From contig QPIN01000058.1 of assembly GCA_003666385.1 (NCBI GenBank), forward strand, positions 1,488-65,487: a DNA stretch of 64,000 nt. Reading direction: 5' to 3'. Origin of the DNA: Methylococcales symbiont of Hymedesmia sp. n. MRB-2018. GTDB lineage: Bacteria; Pseudomonadota; Gammaproteobacteria; Methylococcales; Methylomonadaceae. Below, in pieces: positions 44,671 through 54,070 of the stretch. The position numbers and the translations under genes were made by a program. Below the pieces are notes generated by a model, which worked only from the letters and a program-made list of their open reading frames with translations, searched no databases and had not been told where the DNA came from. How positions within the stretch are numbered: the first letter of the stretch is position 1; each line of letters begins with the position of its first letter.

Positions 44671-45006
44671 TCATTGCTGTGCCACATTTCCCTTCTTTGC
44701 TTTTACCAGATTTGTTTTTGTTGGCATGGGCTTATTTCCTGCGCAATTTCCTTCTGCTGTTTTTTCTTCAGAGCCTTTCATCATAGCACCACCACAAAGA
44801 CCTTCGCCACATGCACCATCTTTCATTTTACCACTAGCTTTTTTATCTGATTTAGCGAGTTGCATATAACCATCAGATAATTCGGATAAAGTAAATGGGC
44901 TTTCTTTGAAATCCATGGTTGTTTTTGCATTAACGGCAGAAGAAGATAAGCTCGATAAAATAGTACTACTTATAGCTAATGCAAGTGGTTTATTGAATGT
45001 TGACAT
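44671..45006 (-). CDS. HvfA-like secreted Cys/Gly-rich protein; candidate oxazolone/thioamide RiPP metallophore precursor
   Basis: The likely start is the ATG at 45006; the track ORF starts at an upstream TTG at 45063. It has a signal peptide MSTFNKPLALAISSTILSSLSSSAVNA|K, then ESPFTLSELSDGYMQLA and the core KMKDGACGEGLCGGAMM...AEGNCAGNK. This resembles the NPF..EL..GY + EGKCGEGKCG architecture. Confidence 0.6.
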   Translation of the reverse strand: MSTFNKPLALAISSTILSSLSSSAVNAKTTMDFKESPFTLSELSDGYMQLAKSDKKASGKMKDGACGEGLCGGAMMKGSEEKTAEGNCAGNKPMPTKTNLVKAKKGNVAQQ

Positions 45007-45096
45007 GTTTATTTTACTTAGAAAGAAATGGAGGTTGAATGTGTTGTAAATATTTGTAGCCAAAAGTTTCGCAAGGTGAATATATCTTTATTGAAC

Positions 45097-45131
45097 GAGA
45101 CCTCAGCATAACTCATGAACGGATAATTAAG
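45097..45131. repeat. Solo terminal repeat of MITE family 2
   Basis: gagacctcagcataactcatgaacggataattaag matches the left TIR at 15744-15778. Confidence 0.6.
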
Positions 45132-45356
45132 AAATCTTGAAAACTAGGTTAATATCAAGATTCTAAACTGTTTTCAAAATATTGAAAAATTAAGTAATCT
45201 CAATGTATTGGTATATCTTTTCCAGCTTACAGAAAAAGATAGACTAACGCGAGTTTTGTTCAACGAGGGGTGTGCTAAATATAAAGGACACAGGTAACAA
45301 ATATGTTGAAAGTTAAGGGGGGGTAAGTGTTTGAGGAGGGTAATTATGATAGGAAA

Positions 45357-45393
45357 TAAAAAAGGTCTTTCATCTTAAAGATGAAAGACCTTT
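45357..45393 (-). terminator. Rho-independent terminator of the 60-aa gene
   Basis: It has a perfect 16-bp stem: aaaggtctttcatctt-a-aagatgaaagaccttt. On the minus strand it is followed by a T-run (ttttttattt). Confidence 0.75.
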
Positions 45394-45405
45394 AAACAAT
45401 AAAAC

Positions 45406-45588
45406 TTATTCAGTCATGATGTTTTGGTATCTAGTTACACCTTGAAGTGCAGTAGCATTTTCTTCAAGAGTTGTGTTACTACGCTCCCAATGCTCAGTTT
45501 CACGATCTTTTAAAACTAAGATTAAAGAGATAGATACGATAGCAACGCCAGCTACGATTTTGTTATAGTTACTTGATTCTTCAGCCAT
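45406..45588 (-). CDS. Small single-pass membrane protein, unknown function
   Basis: 60-aa ORF with a strong RBS (ttGAGGAcctaaaATG) and one TM helix (IVAGVAIVSISLILVL). A strong terminator lies immediately downstream. Confidence 0.6.
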   Translation of the reverse strand: MAEESSNYNKIVAGVAIVSISLILVLKDRETEHWERSNTTLEENATALQGVTRYQNIMTE

Positions 45589-46006
45589 TTTAGGTCCTCA
45601 ATATATTTATTAATAAATTATTTTTATATTCCCTTTAGATCAGGGAAGCAATTTAATGCTTAATTAAATTGCATGTCGAGTGAATAATTATTTTTGTTCG
45701 ACAGGCGTATTTTAAACATAACTTGAGCTAAGCTGTCAAAACTATTATGTATTATTTGGTTTGACGGGTGTTTTGTTTTGCAGCATTTTTTGTAGATTGT
45801 TTCGATTTTATTCTATCATGTTGGTCATGTAGAAATTGATGGGGATTGAAAAATCATATATTAAACAATGGATTGTGTTTTTGTATGGGATTGGTTTGCT
45901 TGCTTTAATAAGTGGAAAATAATTTTTAATGGTTAGGGGGCGGGAAATTGTTATACAGTTACTATTTGCACAAATAATTAAAACAATAAGAAAGTAAGGG
46001 TGAAAT

Positions 46007-46867
46007 GTGCGATTTTTAAAAATAAAAGTATTTTATTTATGTTGCTTGTGTATTCAACTCAATGGTTGTGGTCTTTTTATTTCAAATGCAAGCCAAGAGT
46101 TTGGTGAAAATTTATCTCAAGCTCTATTGAATCATAATGACCCCGAAACGGTAGCTAGTGCAATACCAGCTTACTTATTACTATTGGAGGCAATGATAAT
46201 TTCTGAACCAGAGAGTGAGTCGTTATTAACATCAGTTTCAGTCATGTACGGAGTATATATTGGTTTTTTACATGATGAGCCATCCCGCACAAAGGTATTA
46301 AGTGAAAAGTCTTTAGTACGTGCCTTACGCTCTGTCTGTATTCATAATCCGCTTTTTTGTCAGTTGAACGAACTGCAATACGATCAGTTTTTAGAAAAAA
46401 TCAGGTTAACAAGTGCTGATGATTTGGGCGCACTTTATACGCTGGGAACAGCGTGGGCATTATGGATTCAAAATAATAAAGCCGATTGGAATGCGATAGC
46501 TCAATTGGCACAAGTTAAGGCTATTATGCTTCGAATTACGGAATTAGATAGTACCTATAAAAATGGCAATGCGTATGCATACTTAGGTGTTTTGGAGACT
46601 ATTTTACCCCCTGCTTTAGGGGGTAACCCAGAGAAAGGGAAAAAGTATTTTGAAGCGGCACTAGAAATTTCTAAAGAAAGAAACTTAATGGTAAAGGTTA
46701 TTTTTGCAGAACAATATGCACGGATGATGTTTGATCGTGAATTACATGATAGTCTGCTTAATTCAGTCATCAATGCTGGATTGGAAGAACCTAGGCTAAC
46801 CTTATTAAACACATTGGCAAAAATACAGGCAAAAGATTTGCTGATTTCTGCTGATGAATATTTTTAA
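46007..46867 (+). CDS. TatT-family TPR lipoprotein (T-component of TPR-protein-associated TRAP transporters)
   Basis: 286-aa ORF with a GTG start and a lipobox-like QLNGC. The N-terminal pattern NHNDPETVASAIPAYLLLLEAMI and the helical-repeat body are recalled from the TatT family. Confidence 0.6.
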   Translation: MRFLKIKVFYLCCLCIQLNGCGLFISNASQEFGENLSQALLNHNDPETVASAIPAYLLLLEAMIISEPESESLLTSVSVMYGVYIGFLHDEPSRTKVLSEKSLVRALRSVCIHNPLFCQLNELQYDQFLEKIRLTSADDLGALYTLGTAWALWIQNNKADWNAIAQLAQVKAIMLRITELDSTYKNGNAYAYLGVLETILPPALGGNPEKGKKYFEAALEISKERNLMVKVIFAEQYARMMFDRELHDSLLNSVINAGLEEPRLTLLNTLAKIQAKDLLISADEYF

Positions 46868-46914
46868 GTTTTAGTTTTTAAATATTCATAGACTACTACG
46901 ACAATAAAATTAAA

Positions 46915-47937
46915 ATGATAAAACAGATAGCGGGAATACTTACAATATTTATCTTGAGTTATGGTCTAGTTCAAGCACTGACTTTTAAAATTGCAACATT
47001 ATCAACGGATGGCTCAGTCTGGATGGAAAAAATGCGTGCAGGTGCTAAGGAAATCAATGAGAAGACAGATAAACGTGTGAACTTTAAGTTTTATCCTGGT
47101 GGAGTGATGGGCGGCGATAAAAATGTGCTAAGAAAAATAAAGTTTGGTCAGTTGCACGGGGCGGCAATGCCAAACTCTGGAGTGGCAGGGGTTTATCCTG
47201 ATATTCAGTTATATAACTTGATCGTTAAATTTCAGACCTTGAGTGAGATTGATTATGTTCGCGAAAAAATGGACGCGCAGCTGCTTGTTGGGCTTGAGGA
47301 GAAAGGCTTAGTTGCTTTTGGGTTTTCTGAAATAGGTTTGGCTTACACCATGTCAACACAGCCTGTGCATAATATTACTGATTTGCAACAGCAAAAATCA
47401 TGGGCACCAGATAGTAATAAAATTGCTATTCAGGCGTATAAGGCACTTTCAATTTCACCTATACCTTTGCCGTTGAGAGATGTGTTAATGGGTTTGCAAA
47501 CTGGGATGATCAACTCTGTTGCTGGAACCCCTACAGGTGCGATTGCTCTGCAATGGCATACAAAAATAAAATATGTGACGGATTCTCCTTTATCTTATAT
47601 TTTTGGTGTTTTTTTTCTGGATAAAAAAGACTTTAATAAAATTTCGGATAAGGATCAGCAGATTGTAAGAGCAGTGATGGCGAAGACTATAAAAGCAGTC
47701 GACCAGCAAAGTCGACAGGACAATATCAATGCCGTTTTAGCACTCAAAAAGGTAGGTGTGGAGTTTTTAGCTGTAGAAGATGCTACTGCGAGTGAATTGA
47801 AGCGTATGATGGAATTAGCAAATCAGGATATTATATCGAAGAGTGGCTTGTCTATGAGTTTAGTGGAATTGTTGGATCAGCACTTAGCTACTTTTCGTTC
47901 TAAAGCTGAAAAAATAAATGTTAGTGGTTCTAACTGA
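46915..47937 (+). CDS. DctP-family TRAP transporter substrate-binding protein (TatP-like)
   Basis: 340-aa ORF with a signal peptide and the DctP pattern FKIATLSTDGSVWMEKM...VNFKFYPGGVMGGDKNVLRKIKFGQLHGA. Confidence 0.8.
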   Translation: MIKQIAGILTIFILSYGLVQALTFKIATLSTDGSVWMEKMRAGAKEINEKTDKRVNFKFYPGGVMGGDKNVLRKIKFGQLHGAAMPNSGVAGVYPDIQLYNLIVKFQTLSEIDYVREKMDAQLLVGLEEKGLVAFGFSEIGLAYTMSTQPVHNITDLQQQKSWAPDSNKIAIQAYKALSISPIPLPLRDVLMGLQTGMINSVAGTPTGAIALQWHTKIKYVTDSPLSYIFGVFFLDKKDFNKISDKDQQIVRAVMAKTIKAVDQQSRQDNINAVLALKKVGVEFLAVEDATASELKRMMELANQDIISKSGLSMSLVELLDQHLATFRSKAEKINVSGSN

Positions 47938-47939
47938 CA

Positions 47940-48704
47940 ATGATTATTGTTATATCACCTTCAAAAACATTGGATTTTTCTGTCAATTCTTTTCATGACC
48001 ATACGTATCCTAGGCAGCTAAATAATAGTCAGGAATTAATTAATACAGTAAAGCAATTTACGGTTGAAGAATTGACATCATTAATGAAAATTAGTGAGAA
48101 ATTGAGTCAGTTAAACTGGCAAAGATATCGTGATTTTCAGCAGCCTTTTACATTAAGAAATGCAAAGCAGGCATTATTAGCTTTCAAGGGTGATGTCTAT
48201 GGAGGTATAGATGTTGAAAATTACACGGCGAATGATTTTGCTTTTGCTCAAAGTCATTTAAGAATTTTGTCGGGTTTGTACGGTTGTTTACGACCTCTGG
48301 ATTTAATTCAGCCATACCGTTTAGAGATGGGAACTAAGTTACCAAACGATAAGGGAAAAAACCTATATGAATATTGGGGTGAGAAGGTTACTGCGTTAAT
48401 TGATCTGGATCTGGAAAATGACGAAAACCCTTTATTAATTAATTTGGCTTCCAATGAATATTATAAAGTCATTAAGCCCAAGCTGTTAAATGCTCAAGTG
48501 TTGACTCTAAATTTCAAAGAAAATAAAGCAGGAGTCTATAAAACAATTGGAATTCATGCTAAGCGTGCCAGAGGTTTAATGACCCACTTTATAATTATAA
48601 AGCGTTTAACAAAAGCGTCTCAGCTGAAAACGTTTAATGATGCTGACTATGTTTTTAATGATACTTTGTCATCAGAAAAAGAATGGGTCTTTAGTCGAGG
48701 TTAA
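47940..48704 (+). CDS. yaaA: Peroxide stress protein YaaA (DUF328)
   Basis: 254-aa ORF. MIIVISPSKTLDF parallels E. coli YaaA MLILISPAKTLDY. Confidence 0.9.
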   Translation: MIIVISPSKTLDFSVNSFHDHTYPRQLNNSQELINTVKQFTVEELTSLMKISEKLSQLNWQRYRDFQQPFTLRNAKQALLAFKGDVYGGIDVENYTANDFAFAQSHLRILSGLYGCLRPLDLIQPYRLEMGTKLPNDKGKNLYEYWGEKVTALIDLDLENDENPLLINLASNEYYKVIKPKLLNAQVLTLNFKENKAGVYKTIGIHAKRARGLMTHFIIIKRLTKASQLKTFNDADYVFNDTLSSEKEWVFSRG

Positions 48705-48733
48705 TAACGGCACAGAAGTATAAGTCATTATAT

Positions 48734-48844
48734 GATTGGGCATTTGATGAAGACCACTCAACCAGTCGCATGGGCTTTGACCCTGAAAATATGACTCGCC
48801 TCAGAACGAATTACCCCTGCTTTTTATTATTTGAGACCATTTAA
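48734..48844 (+). pseudogene. ISAs1-family transposase C-terminal remnant
   Basis: DWAFDEDHSTSRMGFDPENMTRLR... resembles the conserved LDV.F.ED.SR.R.G..P.N....R block at the end of ISAs1 transposases. The fragment is 36 codons with no start. Confidence 0.45.
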
Positions 48845-48942
48845 TTTTTTTCTGTCTCAAAAATCTCTGTTTATGGGTGGGAGCTAGTTAGATTCACATA
48901 ATTTTTCTAAACAAAGAGAAGTGTTAACAGAGTGGAGCAAGC

Positions 48943-49353
48943 TCATTTATGACTTTCCCTGTAGCTGGCGTTAGCACTAGCTGTTTCCCATAAAACAACC
49001 TGATCAACATTTAAACCTTCCTGTTTTAAATGTTGATATATCATTTTACTAAGAACTTCCGCCGTAGGGTGTTCGTCAATAGCCATGAACCGTTCATTTT
49101 GTGCTTTTAGAGCCAGAATAATAGGATCATCTTTATGAACTATAAAATTATGATCCAAGTGCTGATTAATGTATAACTCAGCATGATTTTTGATATCAGA
49201 AAAATCGTAAACCATGCTTTGTTCGTTAAGATGTTCTTGCGTGATTGAAATAGAGGCTTTGACACTATGTCCGTGTAGATTTCTACATTTCCCTGAGTGG
49301 TTCATCAGCCGATGACCATAGCAGAAATAAACTTCTTTAGTAATTGTGTGCAT
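48943..49353 (-). CDS. queD: 6-carboxy-5,6,7,8-tetrahydropterin synthase (QueD / PTPS family)
   Basis: 136-aa ORF with CYGHRL...CRNLHGHS zinc-site motifs. Confidence 0.85.
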   Translation of the reverse strand: MHTITKEVYFCYGHRLMNHSGKCRNLHGHSVKASISITQEHLNEQSMVYDFSDIKNHAELYINQHLDHNFIVHKDDPIILALKAQNERFMAIDEHPTAEVLSKMIYQHLKQEGLNVDQVVLWETASANASYRESHK

Positions 49354-49485
49354 AGAGTTAAATGTTTAGATAATGAATGACCTGTCGGTATTGAATAGAG
49401 AAGTTCATTGTACTAAGCGTGTGCTAAAAGGATCCCTATCAGCTTTCAGTTAATTAAGGTGTCTTAATTCTTAAAGATACAATTA

Positions 49486-49779
49486 TTATTTGAGGCTTTT
49501 AATGCTTGCCGCAACTTCAAAAGAACCATCTTCTTGTGAAATACTTCGTACGACTTCAATGAAGGCGGTCATAGGTGGTGTGACCGAGTTTTTTGGAAGT
49601 ACTTTAATTTCCATTGCTAAACCTGCATCGTAAGAGCGTTCGGTGATAAAAGACACGCCTGCACCACTCAAAGAGGTGCAGCGTCCTGTTTTTATGTCTA
49701 CAGAATCGGCCATTTTGTATGTAACTTCACAATTAACATTTCTCCGAATATAGTCACGTTTTTCATCATATTCCAGCAT
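49486..49779 (-). CDS. PilZ domain protein (putative c-di-GMP receptor)
   Basis: 97-aa ORF with RDYIRR and TSLSGAG, which fit the RxxxR and D/NxSxxG motifs. Confidence 0.7.
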   Translation of the reverse strand: MLEYDEKRDYIRRNVNCEVTYKMADSVDIKTGRCTSLSGAGVSFITERSYDAGLAMEIKVLPKNSVTPPMTAFIEVVRSISQEDGSFEVAASIKSLK

Positions 49780-49995
49780 GTGTATTTCCTCATTAAATTT
49801 AGAAAGTTGGTGACAGTGACAGAATTGGTTTAAAAATGAAGTGTACTATAAAAAGTATAAAAAATATTGATGATTTATCTGTGTATGGTTGAATTGATGT
49901 TTGATCGTGAGGTTCCATTGTTATATAACTGACTAAGTCATATTTTTTGTGTAGAATTTGACGGTTTTAAGGGGCTAATAGCATCAATTTAGGTA

Positions 49996-51027
49996 ATGAA
50001 GATGAGTAAAGAAATTGTTCTTACAGGTATTACAACAACTGGCACTCCCCATTTAGGTAATTACGCAGGTGCTATTCGCCCAGCAATAGAAGCAAGTAAA
50101 GATGAAAGTTCGAAGCCTTTCTATTTTTTGGCCGATTACCATGCGCTAATTAAGTGTCAGGAGCCAGAAAGAGTACGGCAAGCCAGTTTAGAAATTGCAG
50201 CAACGTGGCTAGCACTTGGCTTGGATACTTCAAACGCTGTTTTTTATCGACAATCGGATGTGCCGGAAATACCAGAGCTAAGTTGGATGCTGTCTTGCGT
50301 GACAGCAAAAGGTTTGATGAATAGAGCGCATGCCTATAAGGCATCAGTGGCTGAGAATGAGGAAGCGGGCGGAAATGATCCTGATAAGGGGATTAATATG
50401 GGGTTATTTAGTTATCCAGTATTGATGGCCGCAGATATGTTGATGTTTAACGCAAACAAAGTACCTGTAGGTAAGGATCAGATTCAGCATATAGAAATGG
50501 CGCGAGATATTGCTTCACGATTTAATCATATATATGGAGAACATTTCGCGATTCCCGAAGCGGTCGTGGATGATAATTCAGCGACTATTTTAGGGCTGGA
50601 TGGAAGAAAAATGAGCAAGAGCTATAACAACACAATTCCATTATTTGAAACTGAGAAAAAGTTTAGAAAATTAATCAATAAAATTAAGACCAATTCTTTG
50701 GAGCCTGGTGAACCAAAAGAAACAAAAGGATGTACATTATTTGGAATTTACAAAGCATTTGCAACGGAAAAGGAAATTATTGAGATTAAGCAGCGTTATG
50801 CAGATGGTATTGCTTGGGGTGAAATGAAAAAAGTATTATTTGAAAAAATAAATGAAGAAATTGCACCAGCAAGAGATCGATATATGGCTTTAATGGAAGC
50901 ACCAGAGCATATAGAAGAGCAGTTACAAGAGGGAGCTATGAAAGCACGACAAATTAGTGTGCCGTTTATGCGAGAAATACGAAAAGCAGTGGGCATCTCT
51001 CGTATTAAGGCATTTCGCAACAAATAA
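49996..51027 (+). CDS. trpS: Tryptophan--tRNA ligase
   Basis: 343-aa ORF with a HIGH-like TPHLGNY and KMSKS. Confidence 0.93.
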   Translation: MKMSKEIVLTGITTTGTPHLGNYAGAIRPAIEASKDESSKPFYFLADYHALIKCQEPERVRQASLEIAATWLALGLDTSNAVFYRQSDVPEIPELSWMLSCVTAKGLMNRAHAYKASVAENEEAGGNDPDKGINMGLFSYPVLMAADMLMFNANKVPVGKDQIQHIEMARDIASRFNHIYGEHFAIPEAVVDDNSATILGLDGRKMSKSYNNTIPLFETEKKFRKLINKIKTNSLEPGEPKETKGCTLFGIYKAFATEKEIIEIKQRYADGIAWGEMKKVLFEKINEEIAPARDRYMALMEAPEHIEEQLQEGAMKARQISVPFMREIRKAVGISRIKAFRNK

Positions 51028-51158
51028 CCCACCCGTCTGGTGGGTCTTTTTATCCATCTTGGGCATTGTAACTTCGGTCACATAGCCTGCTATGCTCCCC
51101 TCGTTGCACCTTAAAGATGAATAAAAATCCTGCGCAATCTGGGGTGTTTGTTTGTTGC
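51017..51158 (+). mobile_element. MITE-like element, family 3, copy B (142 bp). It overlaps the last 3 sense codons and the stop codon of trpS and carries a terminator-like hairpin.
   Basis: TIRs are gcaacaaataacccaccc (51017-51034) and ggggtgtttgtttgttgc (51141-51158). The internal ACCCACC-cgtct-GGTGGGT-cttttt hairpin sits right after the trpS TAA. Confidence 0.7.
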
Positions 51159-51216
51159 ACGTTACCTAAGTAAATAATTGTTTTTATGGGTAGTATTTAA
51201 TGATAATCAGGTTTAA

Positions 51217-53997
51217 ATGGAAATAAATAATTATATTCCAGGGCAACGTTGGGTAAGTAATACAGAATCAGAATTAGGTTTAGGGTTGATTCTTGATGTG
51301 AACAATAGTCGCGTTACGGTATTGTATTTAGCAACAGGAGATAAGCGGGTATATGCAAAAGATAACGCTCCTTTGGCACGTGTACTTTTTGCGGCAGGTG
51401 ATATAGTCGAATCAACTGACAATAGAAAAATACAGGTTCGAGAACTTGTTGAGGTGGATGGTTTGATTGCTTATGTTGGGAGTGATGAGAGCGGTCGGGA
51501 ATGTTATTTGAAAGAGTTAGACTTAAATCATCACATTCAATTTAATAAACCTCAAGATAGATTGTTTACTGGGCAGATAGACCCATCGTCCTGGTTTGCA
51601 TTAAGGTATGAAACTTGGAAAAGACAGTTTAAATATCAAAAATCAAAAGTAAAAGGTTTGCTGGGAGCGAGGGCCTCTTTAATTGAGCATCAATTATACA
51701 TAGCTCACGAAGTTGCTGATCGGTTTGAGCCGCGCATTATGTTGTCTGATGAGGTTGGTTTGGGGAAAACCATAGAGGCAGGGTTGATCCTTCAATATCG
51801 ACTAATTAATGGCCTGAGTCAACGGCAATTAATTATTGTCCCAGAAAGCTTGTTGCATCAATGGTTGCTAGAAATGCGGAGGCGATTTAATTTACAGTTT
51901 AGTATTTTTGATGAGCGAAGGTGCTTGTCCATTGAAGAATCAAATCCTTTTGATACTGAGCAATTGGTTTTGTGCTCACAAGACTTCTTCTCTGCCTACC
52001 CTCATCGTCAGCAACAGGCCTTGCTGGCCGGCTGGGATATTGTAGTTGTGGATGAAGCTCATCATCTGCAATGGAGTGAGCGGATCCCCAGTGATGATTA
52101 CTTGTTTGTTGAGCAGTTAGCATTAACATGTGCAGGGCTCATTCTTTTAACAGCGACACCCGAGCAATTGGGGGAAAAAAGTCATTTTGCACGCTTGAGA
52201 TTGTTAGACCCCGACCGTTTTTATACCTTTGATCAGTTTTTGCGTGAAAAATTAATTTTCGAGCCAGTAGCAAATGCTGCCAATTTTTTGTTGTCAGGAA
52301 GAGAGATAGAGACAAAAGAGCTAGAAATTTTAAAAAATTTACTTAAGCAAGATAATGTTAAGGCGTTACTTGATAAGGTGAATGACCAGGTTGATGCTGA
52401 GAAAGCAAGAAACGAGTTGGTTCGGTTATTATTGGATCATCATGGGACAGGCCGTGTTTTATTTAGAAATTCCAGGAAAACAGTACAAGGTTTCCCTCAA
52501 AGAAATAGTATTGCCTATCCACTCAATAGTACTGAGTCGTGTAAGCAGGAAGATGGGGTTTATTATAACTGGTTATTAGTAAAGTTAGCTGAATTGCAAA
52601 AGGAGCAAGAAAAGGCAATATTGATTTGCAAGCGAGCCGAAATGGTTATTGAGTTAGAAAAAAACTTGAGAAGGCAAAAAGGTATTGCTTCGGCAGTATT
52701 TCATGAAGGGATGAGTATTGTTGAAAGAGATAGAGCCGCAGCCTATTTTTCTGATGAGGAAAGTACAGTGCCTCTCCTAATTTGCTCGGAAATTGGTAGT
52801 GAGGGAAGAAATTTTCAATTTGTACATCATTTGATTTTATATGACTTACCCGAAAATCCTGATCTGTTGCAACAAAGGATAGGAAGATTGGATCGTATTG
52901 GACAAAAAAATATAATTCAGATACATATACCTTATATATTGAATACAGATCAGCATTTTCTGTTTCGCTGGTATGAGGAAGGGCTTAATGCCTTTCAAAT
53001 AAATAGCTTGGTCGCTTCACAGGTAGCTATCGTATTAAAAAACCAGTTTGAAGAGTTGTTAAATAGTCGGGAAGATAAGCGGATTGATCAGTTTATGCTC
53101 GCAACACAAAAAATACACAAAAAACTAAAGACTGATATACATAGAGGTCGGGATCAATTACTAGAGCTAAATTCTTGTCGAAAAGATCTGGCGAAAGAAT
53201 TGGTTCGTCAGATAAGAGATATCGAGAGTAATGATTTTCTTTGGGACTATATGGAATTGGTGTTCGATTGTTATGGAGTAGAGGTTGAGCAGCACTCTAA
53301 GGATTGTTATATTTTAAGGCAAGGAGTTGAGTTAAGAATGGAGGGTTTTCCGTGTTTGCCAGAAGATGGTGTGACTGTAACAACAAATCGAGGAAGGGCA
53401 TTAGAAAGAGAGGATTTTCAATTTATTACTCAAGAGCATCCTATGGTTATGTCGGTAATGGAGTTAGTGCAGTCAAGTGAGGTAGGCAATGCTGTGTTGA
53501 GTGTTGTTCGTCATCCGAAATTGAGTGCGGGGCAGTTTTTACTTGAATTAATATTTGTTGTCGAATGTAGTGCGCCTGAGAGCTTAAGAGTTAACAGCTA
53601 TTTACCTCATGTGCCTATAAGGATATTGATCAATCAAAATGTTGAAAATATATCAGAGCAGATTTCTCACCAAGAGATGGTTGAAACAAATGATCGAATT
53701 GAAAAAGAAAAGATAATAAATTTTATCGGTAGTCAAAAGAATCATTTGTTAGACATGATTAAAAAGGCTGAAAATGATGCGAGTCAACAAATGCAACAGA
53801 TAGTTAATGCAAGTAAAGAAGAAATGCAACTTGACTTGGGTGCAGAGATAAAAAGGCTTGAGCGACTAAAAAAAATAAATCCTAGTATAAAAAACGAAGA
53901 AATAGAGCAGTTAAAGGACAGGGTTTGTATGTCAACTCAGAAAATCAAAAAAGCACAGTTAAAATTAGATGCGCTTAGGTTTATTATAACGGCTTAA
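51217..53997 (+). CDS. rapA: RNA polymerase-associated SNF2 ATPase RapA (HepA)
   Basis: 926-aa ORF. The N-terminus GQRWVSNTESELGLG parallels E. coli RapA GQRWISDTESELGLG. It also has DEVGLGKTIEAG and DEAHH motifs. Confidence 0.94.
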   Translation: MEINNYIPGQRWVSNTESELGLGLILDVNNSRVTVLYLATGDKRVYAKDNAPLARVLFAAGDIVESTDNRKIQVRELVEVDGLIAYVGSDESGRECYLKELDLNHHIQFNKPQDRLFTGQIDPSSWFALRYETWKRQFKYQKSKVKGLLGARASLIEHQLYIAHEVADRFEPRIMLSDEVGLGKTIEAGLILQYRLINGLSQRQLIIVPESLLHQWLLEMRRRFNLQFSIFDERRCLSIEESNPFDTEQLVLCSQDFFSAYPHRQQQALLAGWDIVVVDEAHHLQWSERIPSDDYLFVEQLALTCAGLILLTATPEQLGEKSHFARLRLLDPDRFYTFDQFLREKLIFEPVANAANFLLSGREIETKELEILKNLLKQDNVKALLDKVNDQVDAEKARNELVRLLLDHHGTGRVLFRNSRKTVQGFPQRNSIAYPLNSTESCKQEDGVYYNWLLVKLAELQKEQEKAILICKRAEMVIELEKNLRRQKGIASAVFHEGMSIVERDRAAAYFSDEESTVPLLICSEIGSEGRNFQFVHHLILYDLPENPDLLQQRIGRLDRIGQKNIIQIHIPYILNTDQHFLFRWYEEGLNAFQINSLVASQVAIVLKNQFEELLNSREDKRIDQFMLATQKIHKKLKTDIHRGRDQLLELNSCRKDLAKELVRQIRDIESNDFLWDYMELVFDCYGVEVEQHSKDCYILRQGVELRMEGFPCLPEDGVTVTTNRGRALEREDFQFITQEHPMVMSVMELVQSSEVGNAVLSVVRHPKLSAGQFLLELIFVVECSAPESLRVNSYLPHVPIRILINQNVENISEQISHQEMVETNDRIEKEKIINFIGSQKNHLLDMIKKAENDASQQMQQIVNASKEEMQLDLGAEIKRLERLKKINPSIKNEEIEQLKDRVCMSTQKIKKAQLKLDALRFIITA

Positions 53998-54013
53998 AAG
54001 CAGGCGACTAGGA

Positions 54014-54049
54014 CACATCAAGATTATTTATTAAAGTAATCTTGATGTG
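54014..54049. terminator. Perfect 13-bp stem hairpin between convergent genes (likely a bidirectional terminator)
   Basis: cacatcaagatta-tttattaaag-taatcttgatgtg. Confidence 0.5.
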
Positions 54050-54070
54050 CTTATTGGATGAAAATTGACC

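Noticed and set aside
44604-44786. 60-aa plus-strand ORF
   Set aside because: It spans the end of MITE family 1 copy 4 and is antisense to the 3' end of the HvfA-like gene. It is a Leu/Phe-rich shadow.
42203-53997. RecQ and the SNF2 ATPase (RapA), considered as components of a helicase-based defence system
   Set aside because: Both are full-length and collinear with the housekeeping E. coli proteins. The RapA N-terminus and the RecQ RQC/HRDC domains are conserved. Neither has nuclease, methylase or other defence partners adjacent.
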